In this document: positions 38,371-50,600 of the stretch, one piece after another | How the letters are laid out: each line of letters begins with the position of its first letter | Position numbering within the stretch: the stretch's first letter is position 1 | NCBI RefSeq assembly: GCF_036321535.1 | Contig: NC_087465.1 | Coordinates: forward strand, 6,200,001 to 6,264,000 | Source: Camelus dromedarius | Taxonomy: Eukaryota | Length of the DNA: 64,000 bases | Direction of reading: 5' to 3' | Notes under the pieces: model-generated | The model's database searches: none | The model's input: the letters and a program-made list of their open reading frames with translations, nothing else | What the model was told of the DNA's origin: nothing | Position numbers and translations under genes: made by a program

Positions 38371-38873
38371 ATGAATACAACTGTATTCTTAGTTTTTCTC
38401 CTGCCTTGCTGGTCACCCTTTCTCAGAATGCTTTGAGACTCTTCCTGTTCATCACTATGTTGGTGGATCTTCAAGTTTCTGTCGTGGACTTTCTCTTTGT
38501 CACTGTGTACTTTCCCGTGGCATCAGCTGCTACTGATGGGTTAATAATTGCCAAATTGTATCTCCAGGCTTGACCTCTGTCTTGTGGTCCAGATCCAAAC
38601 ATCCAATTGCTTGTTCTCTATCTCCAAGTAGATACTGTATTATTTTTTGAATACTGCACCACAAATTAATACACACTTAGTGCCTTCTGCCGACACACAT
38701 TTATTATCTCATGATTTTCATGGCCAGGAATCAGGCATGGCTTAGCTGGGTCCTTTACTCAGAGTCTTCCAAAGCTGGAATCAAAGTGTTGGTTGGACTG
38801 TGCTCTCATCGGGAGGCTTAGCTGAGGGAAGAATCCACTTCGAAGCTCACTCAGGTTGTTGGCCGAATTAATT

Positions 38874-39006
38874 NNNNNNNNNNNNNNNNNNNNNNNNNNN
38901 NNNNNNNNNNNNNNNNNNNNNNNNNNNNNNNNNNNNNNNNNNNNNNNNNNNNNNNNNNNNNNNNNNNNNNNNNNNNNNNNNNNNNNNNNNNNNNNNNNNN
39001 NNNNNN
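38874..39006. other. Assembly gap (133 N) at the 5' end of the nested L1
   Basis: Run of N. Confidence 0.99.
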
Positions 39007-39602
39007 TAGAAAAGACATGAACTCTAATTTGAAAAGGTACACACACCCAATGTTCATGGCAGGACTATTTACAATAGCTGAGACATGGAAACAACCCAAG
39101 TGCCCATCAACAGATGATTGATTTAAGAATATGTGGTGTACACACACACACACACACACACAATCGACTACTACTTAGCCATTAAAAATTTGAAATATTG
39201 CCATTTGCAGCAACATGAATGCACTTCGAGTATCATACTGAGTGAAGTCAAAGACAAACATTATATGATTTCACTTATATGTGGAATCTAAAGAATAATA
39301 CACACGAATCTATACACAAAACAGAAACATACTCATAGACATAGAAAATAAACTTACAGTTACCAAAGGGGAAAACAGGGAAGAGATAAATTAGGAGTTT
39401 GGCGTTAGCAGATACAAACTACCATACACAAAAATACATACGCAACAAAGATTTACTCTATAGCACCAGGGACTGTATCTAATATTTTGTAATAACCTAT
39501 AATGGAAAATAATCAGACATACATATATACAACTGAATCACTATGCTGTACACCTGAAACTAACACAATATTGTAAACCAACTATACGTCAATTTAAAGA
39601 AA
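39007..39602 (+). mobile_element. 5'-truncated artiodactyl-type L1
   Basis: caatgttcatggcagg...ggaaacaacccaagtgcccatcaacagatg...ccatttgcagcaacatg...cacttatatgtggaatct...actgaatcactatgctgtacacctgaaac. Confidence 0.92.
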
Positions 39603-39899
39603 GAATTAGTTTCTTTGAGGCTCTGTAACTGAGGGTCGCCCGTCCTCAGGTTCTCGAGGCTGCTCCGCACCACCTGGGCTTCCCCACCTGGCTGCTCATT
39701 TCATCCAGCCCACAGGACAGTCTCTAGCTCCAGGCGGTGAAGAGAGTCTTCTATAACCTAGTGTAATCACAGGAGTGACGTCCCATCCGCTTGGCTGGAA
39801 GGAAGTCACAGGTCCTACCCCACCCAAGGGGGTGGGGTTCCACAAGGCTGGATCATGGGTCACTGTAGGGTCTGAGTGTCACAGATGTCCTTAAGCACT

Positions 39900-40620
39900 G
39901 TCAGCATGTCCTAGGCAGGCACGTCACCTCCTGACCACCCTACTCTTCTTCCATCTTTTCTGACCAAGAGGTCATCCTTGATTCCTTCTCCTGACCAGCC
40001 CATCAAACAACCAGCCATCAAGCCCGGTCAGTTTGCCTCCTGAGCACCACTGGAGTCCTCCATTCTCTCCAGGGTGTCACCACACAGCCTCTTGCCGCCA
40101 CCATTCTTTTCTGTCTGTGGGAGTCATAGCCCAGTGTCTGAAGCGTGGTTCCGATCACATTGTGCCTGTCTGGAAACCCTTTAATAACTTCCCACTCACC
40201 TGCAGATGAGACCCAGGTTCCTTCACAGGCCCGTCAGACGCTGTCACCCGGCTTCCCTCCCCTCTCCATCTTTTCTTCCTTCTGGCCTTTGCACTCTGTC
40301 CCTTTCATCTGGAACCCTCTCTCCTTCCCTCTGTTCTGAGCCCTACTCCTCCATCAGGACTCAACTTCCATGTCCTGTCCTTTGGGAGGTCTTTCCTGGC
40401 TGCCCAACCAGAGTCCCTCCCCAGCCCCCACCCTCCCTGGTCACACCCTGGACTCCCACGTGCACGACACCCCCCACACCATGTGGGCGTTTCTTGCTCA
40501 CTTGTCCTGATTCTCCTCTAAACTGTAAGCTCTGTGAGGCGGGGGGACGTCCTCGGTGGCTGGCACCATGCTTTCAACACTGTGAGCCCCCAGATAACTG
40601 CCAAGTGCATCAAGTGACAG
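39900..40620 (+). mobile_element. L2 fragment
   Basis: ttgattccttctcc...gatcacattgtgcctg...aggactcaacttcc...gggaggtctttcct...aaactgtaagctctgtgaggc. Confidence 0.7.
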
Positions 40621-41269
40621 ATGAAGGCTTGGATCTCAGCCTACACCCTTAAAAATCCTCCCAGCCTTCCCTCGCGGCGACATCCAGCTTTCAGTCTTGA
40701 TGGGCTCTGTTCCAGTTGGCAGACCATTTTAAATCGAAAGTAATATATTAATAGAGGCACCTTTGTTTCGGGTCATATTTCTTTCCTATTATGGCCAGTC
40801 CAGTCTCAAGACATTTCCCTGCTACTGACATACTCCAGTGACATGCACGCTGCGATGTCACCTATTTCCTCCTTATGTGATGTTTGTCCTTTAGCTGTGT
40901 AATTGGAATTTTATAAAAATAGCTGGCCAACTGCAGGACATATAGTTCTATAAACTTGCTGGGAACAGGCCGCCCCAGCCCCCTATGGAGGGGCCCACAC
41001 CTGCTCCTGGGACATTCCAGGATGTGCTCTCGTCCACTGGAAACAGAAGGAGCATTTGTTCCCTGGGCCCACTTTGTAGGGACAGCTGAGGCAGGGCCCC
41101 ATCCAGCCAGGTCGGCCTGTTCCTGGGCACTGGGTCTCTTTTCACACAAGCAGTTGAGCTTAATTGACAGGTGTGAAGTACGCCCTTCCTTGCCCGTCTC
41201 TGTTCACTGCTGCCTAGACGGGTGAGGCAGCCTCTCTTGGGAGCCCAATTAGCATGTTATGGGGTGTGT

Positions 41270-41450
41270 TTGTGTGTGTGTGTGTTGGAGAGAGAGAGCA
41301 AGAGAGAAGGGGAGAGAAAGGAAGAGCAAAACTCAAACAGGGAGAGAGAGATGGAGAGAGAGAAACTCAGAGCAAAAAGGAGAAACAGAGAAATAGACAG
41401 AAACAAGGAAGAAGAGCCGCGGAGAGCTGGAAGGAGAGAGACGGGCGGAT
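41270..41450. repeat. (TG)n followed by a GA-rich low-complexity purine tract
   Basis: tgtgtgtgtgtgt then ~165 bp that is almost all purine. Confidence 0.85.
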
Positions 41451-42074
41451 GAGAGGGCCTGGGAGTGTGTGCAGACGGCACCGCTGGTGGCCTTTTAGTT
41501 GGGTTAAGTGCACACAAATGGAAAACGGGATGGTGTAGAATGTCGGTCCCATCTGGAGGACCATGTGTGAAATAAGGGCAAAGTGAGCATCTGCATGGTC
41601 GTTAGTATATTCCTAATGGGCTGGGAGGGGATTTTGGGAGGGGGGGCGGTGGGCTGGGGCAGGTTACGCCAGGAGACTGTTTCCATGGCAGGAGGCTCCA
41701 TTCGCCGTCCTAGCTGGCTGTCTTCTCCACACGAGGCTGGGGAGGTGGTGGAGTGCCCACCACGTTGTTTTCCGGGGGCTTGTCCTGCACTGTGCCGGTG
41801 TTTGTTAGATAGTATTACTGTTGTTAGATGCCGAGTGAGTCTAAGGTACCTGTAAGGTATGTGAATGAATATTCAGCAGACAGTCAGCAAGACGAGGAGA
41901 CAACCATGGGAAGGGAGCTGGGGGGAGGGGGAGAGGAGTAGACAAGCTACTGTGATACTGAATGTGATACGGGAAGTCCCACAAGAGAATTCCAGCACCA
42001 AACTCCGGGGTCCAATAGAGAAAAGTATAGGAAAAGACTTAATTAAAACATTGATTTTGAAAAGTTTATGAAAT

Positions 42075-42440
42075 TCCTTCATTCAAAGGATATTGAGTCT
42101 TTACCCTTTGCCAAGTCCATGTGAGAGATGCCAGGAACACAGTGATGACTAAAACACAGTCAAGGTGTCCAGGAAATGATCCTGGGGGGAGTTTCCAACT
42201 GGAATTGGTTGGGAAGGGCATTTCGAAAGAAGGAAACGGGTGAGCAAAAACATAGGGATAAAAAAAATGTAACCAAGCTTTGCGAAGCATCCGGGAATCG
42301 TCTGTGGCTGGTATGAGGTTTGTAGAGTGATGGAAGGTGAATCCAGAAAAGATGTTTAGGGCCATATTTGGGCAGTTTTCAGTTATTGACCGTCTGTCAT
42401 TAATTTGAAAGGCAATGGGGAACCATCGGAGGGCAATGCC
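42075..42440 (-). mobile_element. L2 fragment
   Basis: ttcattcaaaggatattgagt...gccaggaacacagtgatg...aaaggcaatggggaaccatcggaggg. Confidence 0.6.
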
Positions 42441-42544
42441 ATGATTACAGACACACAAAGTCCACTCGCAAGCACAAATTCACATTAGTACCACTTATTT
42501 TAGCTAGTTTACAGATTATGTTCTTTAAAAAATTTTTAAAGTTC

Positions 42545-42663
42545 ATTTATTTATTTTAAATATTATTTATTTACTTATTTATTTTAATGGAGGTACTGGG
42601 GATTGAACGCAGAACCCTGTGCATTCTAAGCACGTGCTCTACCACTAAGTTATACCCTTCCCT
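42545..42663 (-). mobile_element. Camelid tRNA-derived SINE (vic-1 type), short form
   Basis: Reverse complement reads gggaagggtataacttagtggtagagcacgtgcttagaatgcacagggttctgcgttcaatccccagtacctcc plus an A-rich tail; Pol III A-box and B-box (gttcaatcc). Confidence 0.9.
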
Positions 42664-42760
42664 CTAGAGATTCTGTCATAAATGTAGATGATAGGCTGTC
42701 CCAGGAAAGACTTCCTCAAAACTTTTTCAGGGCATGAACACGTATATTCAGAGTCTTTGA

Positions 42761-42934
42761 GGGAGGAGGATACAGCTCAGTGGTGGAGTGTGTGCTTAGC
42801 TTGCACGACGTTCCAGGTTCAATGCCCAATGTACCAACATTAAAAAGAAACAAGTATATAAACCTAATTACTCCCCCTCAAAAAAACCCTTAAAAATAAA
42901 ATAAATAATTAAAAAAAACCTTAAAAAACACCAA
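42761..42934 (+). mobile_element. Camelid tRNA-derived SINE (vic-1 type), long form, with 12-bp TSD
   Basis: gggaggaggatacagctcagtggtggagtg...ggttcaatgccc...aaacctaattactcccc, A-rich tail; TSD agtctttgaggg at 42752-42763 and 42935-42946. Confidence 0.92.
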
Positions 42935-42959
42935 AGTCTTTGAGGGTAACGTGAAGTCA

Positions 42960-43440
42960 GATTTAATAAACCAGCCACATCTTGTACTTTTCACAGATTC
43001 AGTATAGTACGCACACGCGCGCAGATTAATAAGCTACATTTTAAAGTCAGTTCTACATTTGGAGATATTTATATGTGTCATTTTCTCTTTCAGTTCCAAA
43101 ATTTAATGTGTCAATATATAACCTTTAAGAATAAAATGTATATGGCAGGGTAATTGTTCAAGAATTAAAATACACGCCAACAGAACGTTGTCAGGTTTTA
43201 TTTTGTGACATTTGGGGCCCCTTTCTTTGCAGTGTTTCTTTGTGGTAAAGGAGGTACATTAAAGATCATTGCAAATCAAAGCGGTGCTTTCAGTTTCTGA
43301 AATGAACGCTAGCTTGTCTTTTTCCACTTTTCATACATTTGCATAGATGTCAACTGAATTCTGAATTGTTTTAAGAGTAATGTTTAATACAAAGTTATGA
43401 TCACCCGCGTACCACAAAATTGCTTTGCCCCTCTCTTCCT
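42960..43440 (+). mobile_element. Possible ancient hAT (Charlie-type) transposon remnant
   Basis: Frame from 43028 reads NKLHFKVSSTFGDIYMCHFLF, resembling the hAT C-terminal dimerisation motif (F-G-S-T-Y-x-C-E); AT-rich; weak similarity only. Confidence 0.35.
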
Positions 43441-45899
43441 CACCTCACCCCCCACTGCCCTTTCCTTCACCCTCTCTGAGCATGGCTCTCCCAGAAGATT
43501 TCACAGGAGCTTAAAGAGATGGAATCAGAGCCCGAAAAGCCAGCCAACAGCTGCCAAACAGAACTTGCAAGTAGAAACTGACCCTTCCATGTGAATTTGT
43601 TGTTCAGTTGCAATTCTGCTGACAGTTGGAGAAATGTAAACACATCAGGTGTTTCCCAGGGAAATGCCTGAGGTATCTCCTGGTGGGATCCGGGCGGTCA
43701 GGCGTGTATTCTTCTAGGATAGAAGATCTGCTGTTGGCTTCAGCCTATGTGAGACAGCCTTCAGCACTGTGGGAGGCTGGCCACCCTCTGGGCCCTCCCC
43801 TGTCTTCTTCAGCTTCATTTATGGGTGGTCACATTGGTCCAGGGGTGCGTTTGATTTGGATTGGCTGCCTGCTGCCAGACACCACTCAGGTTTGCAAGAA
43901 GAGCCAACTCTGCTTGCAATGGGTTACTAACCACAACTGTCACCAACTTGAAAGGAAATAATACCCCGGGGAAGGCGGGGTCTTGGTTTGGTCTGTTTTG
44001 TTGTCTGTTATTTTTAATTCCAAGTTAATAGCACAGATCAAGCCCACAGTGAAATCACACATCTGCCTGGGGTTTGGGTAGCGATTCACAATATGTTTTT
44101 ATTCATTATTGCTTTAATTATGGCTCAGACTTCTTTTGAATCGCTCCCAAGTAACAGGTGGTTTTCTGACCATGCTAAATGCTAAATGCTGTTGAGGATA
44201 AGGCAGTTAGGCATTGTTTGCCTGGCTGCGGTTACACCTAGACCCCAGGCAGCATCTGAACTAGCAGCCTGCAACAGGTTGGATTTCCTGGGGGACTTCA
44301 CTTAACTCTTGGTTCTCCCAAGCCTGTTTTCAATGCACTGTGGTCGGGGGCTCCCCGTTACACCCAACGGCACCGCACATTTACTTTTTGTATCCTGGGA
44401 GGTAGTGGGAGGGTTCAGGGTAGGTCAAAAAGTTAATATGTCAATGTTCTGAAGGCTGATGGGAGTAAGAACTTAGTGTGATATTAAAGGTGATTTGAAT
44501 TTAGATTTTTTAGAATAAAAGCATTCTTTTATATATCTGCAATAGATGATAACAATTAAATAAGTCACACATGAATCATAGAAATTAGAGCGAGGGCAAA
44601 GACCTATTAGATCATCTAGCCAATTCCCCAGCTAACACAGAATTATTCCCCACAGTATTTTCGGGAGAGCTTTGTACAGTCTCTTTTGCAAGACTTGAGC
44701 AATTGGGGCCTTCAATTATTTCCTTGGGGAGACACTTTCCCTTATAAAAGGCCACAGTGTTTTTCTCCTTAGCCTGATAGTCAAGCTAAAAAAAAAAAGT
44801 CTATGTTCCCTGCAAAATCATCTGCACCATGAGACTGTGTGGAATTATGTCTGCAAGTCTTCCAGAAAACTGTGCATGCACTTGGCATTCTTCTGGGTAC
44901 ACTCATGTCTGGTTTTTATGCTTAAATTTGCATATTCTGTGGAAGGGGTGGTACAGAAATATCCATTGGAAGCCCGCCCACTCAGCCCCCACTGTTTCCA
45001 GTATCACCATCACAGACCAGGCAGAGGTAACATGGAACCCCTTCCTTAATTTGAAATGAGGGGGAAAAGATGTTTTTGAATAAATCTGCTCAGACTATCC
45101 GTGTTTCAGGGTAAAGACTACTCAGTCATCCAGGAAATAGCAACTGCTTAGAATTCCTCTCTCTTGGGAACAAACCGGTATTGTCTTTCCGGGGCTGTTT
45201 GTATTGGAGAGGGACCGATGTTGTGCCCACATGCCCCGGGGCTCCGGGGTGGACACCTGCTCCAGATTCTCTGTAATCCTGGGCTGGGAGCCGCTGATCC
45301 AGCACCCCTGGGGCGGCACACACAAAGCTGCCCGCAGAGCTGCCCTGGTCCATGTCCCAGGGTCCTTAAAGGGCAGCTTGCAGTCTGAGGTAAGATTTTG
45401 TGTTTGGAGAGTTAGGAACACTAGGAGGGAGAAACTGCATAGATTTCCAGAACTCAGGAATGCTGCGATGGGGACACCTTCTCCTGTCCCTGCCCCTTAC
45501 CCTTTGTTAGAGTCTGGTCTGGTCAGTGAGCCAAGAAATGGGGAACAAAGGCTCAAGCCTCCCCCGCCTTGGGGGATACAGACAGGTAAGGAGGAGGAGG
45601 CAGGTGTGGGATGAATCTCAGAGCCCTGAGGTGAAGGTAAGAAAGAGGCAGGCAGGGGAGGCCACGGACACCGGAGAGGGCAAGCCTGCACCAAGCAAGC
45701 CTGGGTGTAGGAAAGAGTTCCTGGCGAAGCGGAAGTTGAAGGACAGACACGGGGAGGTGGGGGGAGATGCCAGCAAGGCCAGAAAGAGTGGAGGCCACAG
45801 CAGAGAGGCATGTGAAGCAGCAGCCGGGGTGTGAGGGTGGTGGGGCTGGCGGGGGGCGGGAGGGCGTGCCCGCTGCTGCGCCAGCTTCAGCAGTGCCTA

Positions 45900-46020
45900 C
45901 AGGGGGCTTGTGGTCCTCATTCTGCAGATGAGGACACTGTGGTTCAGAGAAGCCGGGTGTCTCCTCCAAGGTCACACAGCCCAGGGGCAGAGCTGGGATT
46001 TTGACCCACTGATCATACTG
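45900..46020 (-). mobile_element. MIR fragment
   Basis: ctcattctgcagatgaggacactgtggttcagaga...ccaaggtcacacagc...gcagagctgggattttgaccc. Confidence 0.75.
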
Positions 46021-47069
46021 TCTTGGGAAGACAAGGCAGTTGGAGTACAAGTTCAGGATGGGAGTCTTTGCGACCTCCGGGAGGGAGCAGGTGGCCACGG
46101 GAGCTGCAGTGCCCCCGGAAGCGCCAAAGGTGACCAGAACCCTTTGGTGTCCGCCTGGAAGGGACAGAGGTAGGAAGAGAAGAAAGAAGTGCCTGCAGTT
46201 TATCAACTCCTGTAATTCTGCAGAATGACTCACATGGAAGCAAAACAAGGGCCTTCCACAGACTGGCCACTCTGACCAGGGCTGAGTCAGCTGAGCTGGC
46301 AGCCGTGGCCAAAGTGAACACGTAGCTTTGTGGTCATGGCTTTCTAAGAGGCACGTGATATATGGGGAAGCTGCCGGGAGCCGTCCCTAATCAGAGCTGG
46401 GGGAGGAGGAGGCAGACAGAGGTGGTGGCAGGAGGTGGTGGCAGGAGCTGGAGAGGTGGGCGTGGGTAGATGCGTGTCATTAAGTGCGGTGGTCCTTCTG
46501 CTAGAATGACCCTCCCAGGCTCTTCTCAGGCCTCATCCCTTCCTCAGCCCGGCCTGGCAGGGTTTTGGTCCGATTGTCGAGGTTGTGAGAAGCGCGTGTT
46601 CTCCTCTCCCAGAGACTGGCCAGCCCATGAATGTCACAGGTTCCACCCTCTCCTGGTCCCAGGTGCTGTGTCACTGGGTCTGCTCCTTGCTATGTGCTTG
46701 TCATAACTCAGAAGGTACCAGGCGGTGCTTTGGGTTGTCCTTCAGTCTGGATGTGATCTTCCATCAGGAAGAGCCAGTTGTGGCCATCTCTCAACCGTGC
46801 TCTACTATTCAGACTTACTAGGAATAAAGTTGCTATGTTGAACAACCGTGTCTACTTTGAATTGGTTCTGAACTCAAAGATGTCCCAGAGTGGTGATTAT
46901 CGTTGCTAAGATGCTAACGCTACAGATGGAATATTAGCATTTGAGACAGAGGTCAAGTGAGGACTAGGGTTGGATTTGGGGGGAATTGCTTCCCAAGAAT
47001 AAGACAGACATGTTAGATTATAAGCTGAAAAGCAGGACAAGCTCAGTTGTTTAACAGTAAGATTTTTGG

Positions 47070-47345
47070 TTAAATAAATTATGGTATATTGATATAATAA
47101 AACATGATGACATTAGAAATGATGAAAAGTGTATCTAGAATGTCTAAAATATTCACACTCTATTAGAGGCCAAAGCAGATTATAAAACAGTATAAACTGC
47201 ATTTTTGGTTAAAACATGCACACATTAGAAAAACATCTGGAAAAATATAGCCTAAAATATAAAAATATGTCATCTCTGGGAGAAGGATTATGTGTAATTT
47301 TTTTTGGATTTGTTACGTTAATTTTTTTCCTAAAATTTATCTGGA
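47070..47345 (+). mobile_element. Old L1ME-type 3' fragment
   Basis: aaataaattatggtatatt...tctggaaaaatatagcctaaaat...tctctgggagaaggattatg. Confidence 0.5.
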
Positions 47346-48019
47346 TTTCTTGAGTAACTAAAGAAAATGGAAAACTGTTGGCATCTTGTTATCCAAAAGA
47401 GAAGCTATGGCAGAAGGAAACAGCCCCGGACCCAGGGCAAGAAGGATCTGGTTTTGAACTCCAGCTTTGCTCCCACGAGCAAGGTGGCCTTGGCACTTGA
47501 GTCTTCGTTTCCTAGTTGGACCGTTGTGGGCTCACAGCACATAGGCTGTGAGAATCTGTGCACAGACTGTCATCAGGCTGTCATCAGGTGGGTCCCCAAA
47601 GGTCCACAGGCGCTGATGTGTGAACAGGGCTTGGTCCTCACAGCTTTGCAGGCTAAAAATCTTGATTTTTGTTGTCACCCAAGAGTGGATCAGGGATTGA
47701 CTTCCACTAACCAACTTCATAAGTGACTCATGTACACATTAAGCTTCATTTTTCTTTGACTTGATAGAGGTAGAGTCAGCTGGCAAGAGGCAGGAGTCTT
47801 GAGTTCTCTGATGCAGTCTTTCCGTGCGGACCACTACCTGGGAAGCCAGACTATAACAGAAACCCTGCTGGGTGAGCATAGGGTCCTTCATGTGTTCAAC
47901 AAACAATTTCTAATCACCCAAGATGCTGTAGGCTTTGGGCTAGAGGCTGCAGAGGAAGTAGTGACCAAATTGACATTTTCTCAGTGGGTATAACATTAGA
48001 ATATTAATAACTGTGTAGG

Positions 48020-48255
48020 TTAGTGATTGAGAGCTTTGGAATCAGATGGTCCAAGGCTCCAACTTCCCCCTAACTCACTGGATAGCCTTGGGAAAGCCAC
48101 TTAACCTCTCTGAACCTCATTTTTTCCACCACTAGAGTGGAAATAATACCCACCTCCCTCATAGTCTTGTTTTGAGTGTTACATTAAATAACGTGTGTAA
48201 GGTGTGAAGCACAACGTGTGGCATGGAGCCTTGCTCGACACATGGTGCTACGACT
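48020..48255 (+). mobile_element. MIR SINE
   Basis: gagagctttggaatcaga...cttgggaaagccacttaacctctctgaacctcattttt...gtgtaaggtgtgaagcaca. Confidence 0.8.
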
Positions 48256-48465
48256 ACTGTTGAGATGCAATTTTAACAGGGTGCATCCGTTTTGCAACAG
48301 GTCTGACTAGGTCTTGCTAACTCCTGGCTTTTGTCAAGCTAACCTCACAAGTTAGTACTTGCCTGGGAACATCTGGCTTTCATTTTCTTGACTTTTTTCC
48401 TTTTGAAACACCCACTGACCTTTCTGATTATTACATTAAAAATATGTTAATAGTACCAATTAGGC

Positions 48466-48903
48466 CAGGGGTTGGCAAACACTGTCTGTAAAGAGTCTGA
48501 TACCAAATATTTTGGGCAGAAAGAAAGAGGAGCTGAAGCTGCAGGAAAAGGTGGAGTACATGTATCAAATGGGGGTCTAGGGGATCCTTGTTGATACACA
48601 GGTGTTATTTCCTCTGAAATAACAGCCCAGCCTCTTCCCTTGTACCTTACTCTGCCCCTACCCTGTTATCTCTGCTGCAATGACTCCACTCTGCCATGAT
48701 GAGGCAAAAAAAGGCATAGACTAGGTGTAAATGAATGAGCAAGGCTGTGTTCCAAGAAAATTGTATGGATACTGAAATGTGAGTTTCATGTAGTTTTTGT
48801 CAAAAATATTTTTCTCTCTTTCTTTTTTCCCCCCTCAATCATTAAAAAAATGTAAAAAACAATCAGTAGATTTGGCCTCTAGATTGTAGTTTGCTGATGC
48901 CTC
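48466..48903. mobile_element. MER58B (hAT-Charlie) with a ~150-bp internal insertion
   Basis: caggggttggcaaac...ctgtaaagag...aaatatttt, then non-matching ~48515-48665, then ctctgcc...ggctgtgttccaa...actgaaatgtgagtttcat...gtagtttgctgatgcctc. Confidence 0.7.
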
Positions 48904-49479
48904 ATTTAGGCAACAGTCTGGTCGCCTCTAATTAAAAACATAGTAGAGCTTTGACTCATCCATTATGTATTGATTGTATAGTGCAATTATTAGGTACAAA
49001 CTTATTTCCAAATTTGTAAGGCTTATCTCACCATGGCTGCACCCTTCTCCGTGTAATGGCCACACATATCTTGTGGTTATGTATACCTTTATATGTGAGG
49101 GGTCGATGACGTGCTGTGGGAAAAGATCAGTGCACAGTGCCTGGTCGCAGGAGTGCTTGGTAAATGTCCTTTCTTGATTTCTTTTGTCCCTGAAGGTTGT
49201 GCTTGGAACCTGCCATCAACTGCCACTGATGCAGTTAGTAGAAATGGGGCTGCTTCCCTAACTTTCTGTTAGAAAGGCTCTTCATCCTATCTTGAGAAGT
49301 AAATTTAGCTCCCCAAAGCACTTGAGAGAAATGTGTCCTTTACTGAAGATATTGTGGGAATTCAGGGAGAAGAATTCACAGTGCATGCCACACCACAGAA
49401 ACACAATAAAACATCTATTAGACATTTCTTCTGACTCCCACAAAGTGTTGATGTTTTTGGCAGCTTTCTCGTCTTGCTT

Positions 49480-50210
49480 TCTTCTCTTGCCTCAAAATCC
49501 TCTCTACTTTCCTGAGCAATTAAGCTTGGCATTTCTTGTTCTATTTCAAAGCATTCTTTTAGAATCATTTTGTCTTCTAGATGTTCATCCTTTAGATATT
49601 CCTTTGATAAGAGTCTGTTAATGGTAAAGTTTTTCATTAGCCAAAATGTTTTCATTTTCTTATCATTTTTGAAAGATAATATTTCTGAGAACACAATTCT
49701 AGATTGATAGTTATTTTCTTTCAGCCTCTGAAGACGTGGTTCCACTGTCTTTTGGCTTCATTGTTTCTGTTGGAAGTCAGCCGTCAGACCACAGTCGTTC
49801 TGTGGTTGGTGATCTGTCTTTCCTTTCTTGTTGCTTTCAAGACATTCTTTTTGGCTTTAGTGTTTTGCAGTTTCACAGGAGGTGCCTAGTGTGTGAGATT
49901 ATCTTAGAAAAGTTTACCCTGCCTGGGATATACTTCCTATGCTAGCAGATCTATGTCTTGCATTAGTTCTGGCATTTTCTCAGCTATTTGCTCTTCAAAT
50001 AGAGTTTCTCTCTACATTCTTTCTATTCCTTCTTGTGTAACTCTGCTTGGATGTATGTTAGAACTTTTCATTCATTCCTCCATTTCTCTTTATGTTTTCT
50101 ATGTTCTTATTTTTCTGTGCTGCATTCTGAGTGTTTTCTTCAGATCTGTCTTTAGATCACTAATTCTCCCTTCATCCATGTTTATTTTTCTGTTTCACAT
50201 ATCCATTAGT

Positions 50211-50241
<31 letters not shown>

Positions 50242-50600
50242 CCCATACACATATATGTATGAACATATCTTATGTGTGTATGTGTGTATATATATAATAT
50301 GTTGTTGTTGTTTTTAATTATATATAGTTTTATTTTTATTTCCATAGTTATATTTGCTTCTTTATCAGATCTGTTTGGTCACTTTTGATAGTTCCTTTTT
50401 CAAAGCTTGTTAATTTTTTAATCTTTTATTTCTTTTAATGCTTCGTACACACTTGTTTTAAGTTGTATATCTGATAATTCTAATATCTGAATTTCTTGGG
50501 GGATTAAATCATGCTTGTTTCTGTTGACTTTCACTTATGATGATGGTAATCTTGTGGTTTGGTACATTTTTTTCTCTTTTTAAAAACATATTTAACTGAA
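49480..50600 (-). mobile_element. Ancient L1M/HAL1-type ORF1 region
   Basis: Minus-strand ORF 49362-49745 (LKENNYQSRIVFSEILSFKNDKKMKTF...FTINRLLSKEYLK) aligns by eye to the L1 ORF1p C-terminal domain (LKEKNFQPRISYPAKLSF...FVTTRPALKELLK). Confidence 0.75.

Larger units (their letters stand above)
38637..39885. mobile_element. MLT1 (MLT1D/E-like) LTR split by an L1 insertion
   Basis: First part 38637-38873 (tgtatta...atttattatctca...ggcttagctgggtcc...aagctcactcaggttgttggc); resumes 39603-39885 (gtgtaatcacaggagtgac...ggaagtcacaggtcc...gtcaca). Confidence 0.8.

Noticed and set aside
42362-42371. Perfect CArG box CCATATTTGG
   Set aside because: Isolated, lies inside a decayed L2, and has no supporting context
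42545-42934. tRNA-like sequences with A- and B-boxes
   Set aside because: They have A-rich tails, one has a TSD, and neither has a complete cloverleaf 3' end, so they are SINEs rather than tRNA genes
45553-46248. 231-aa minus-strand ORF
   Set aside because: Overlaps a MIR and GC-rich low-complexity sequence; no domain recognised
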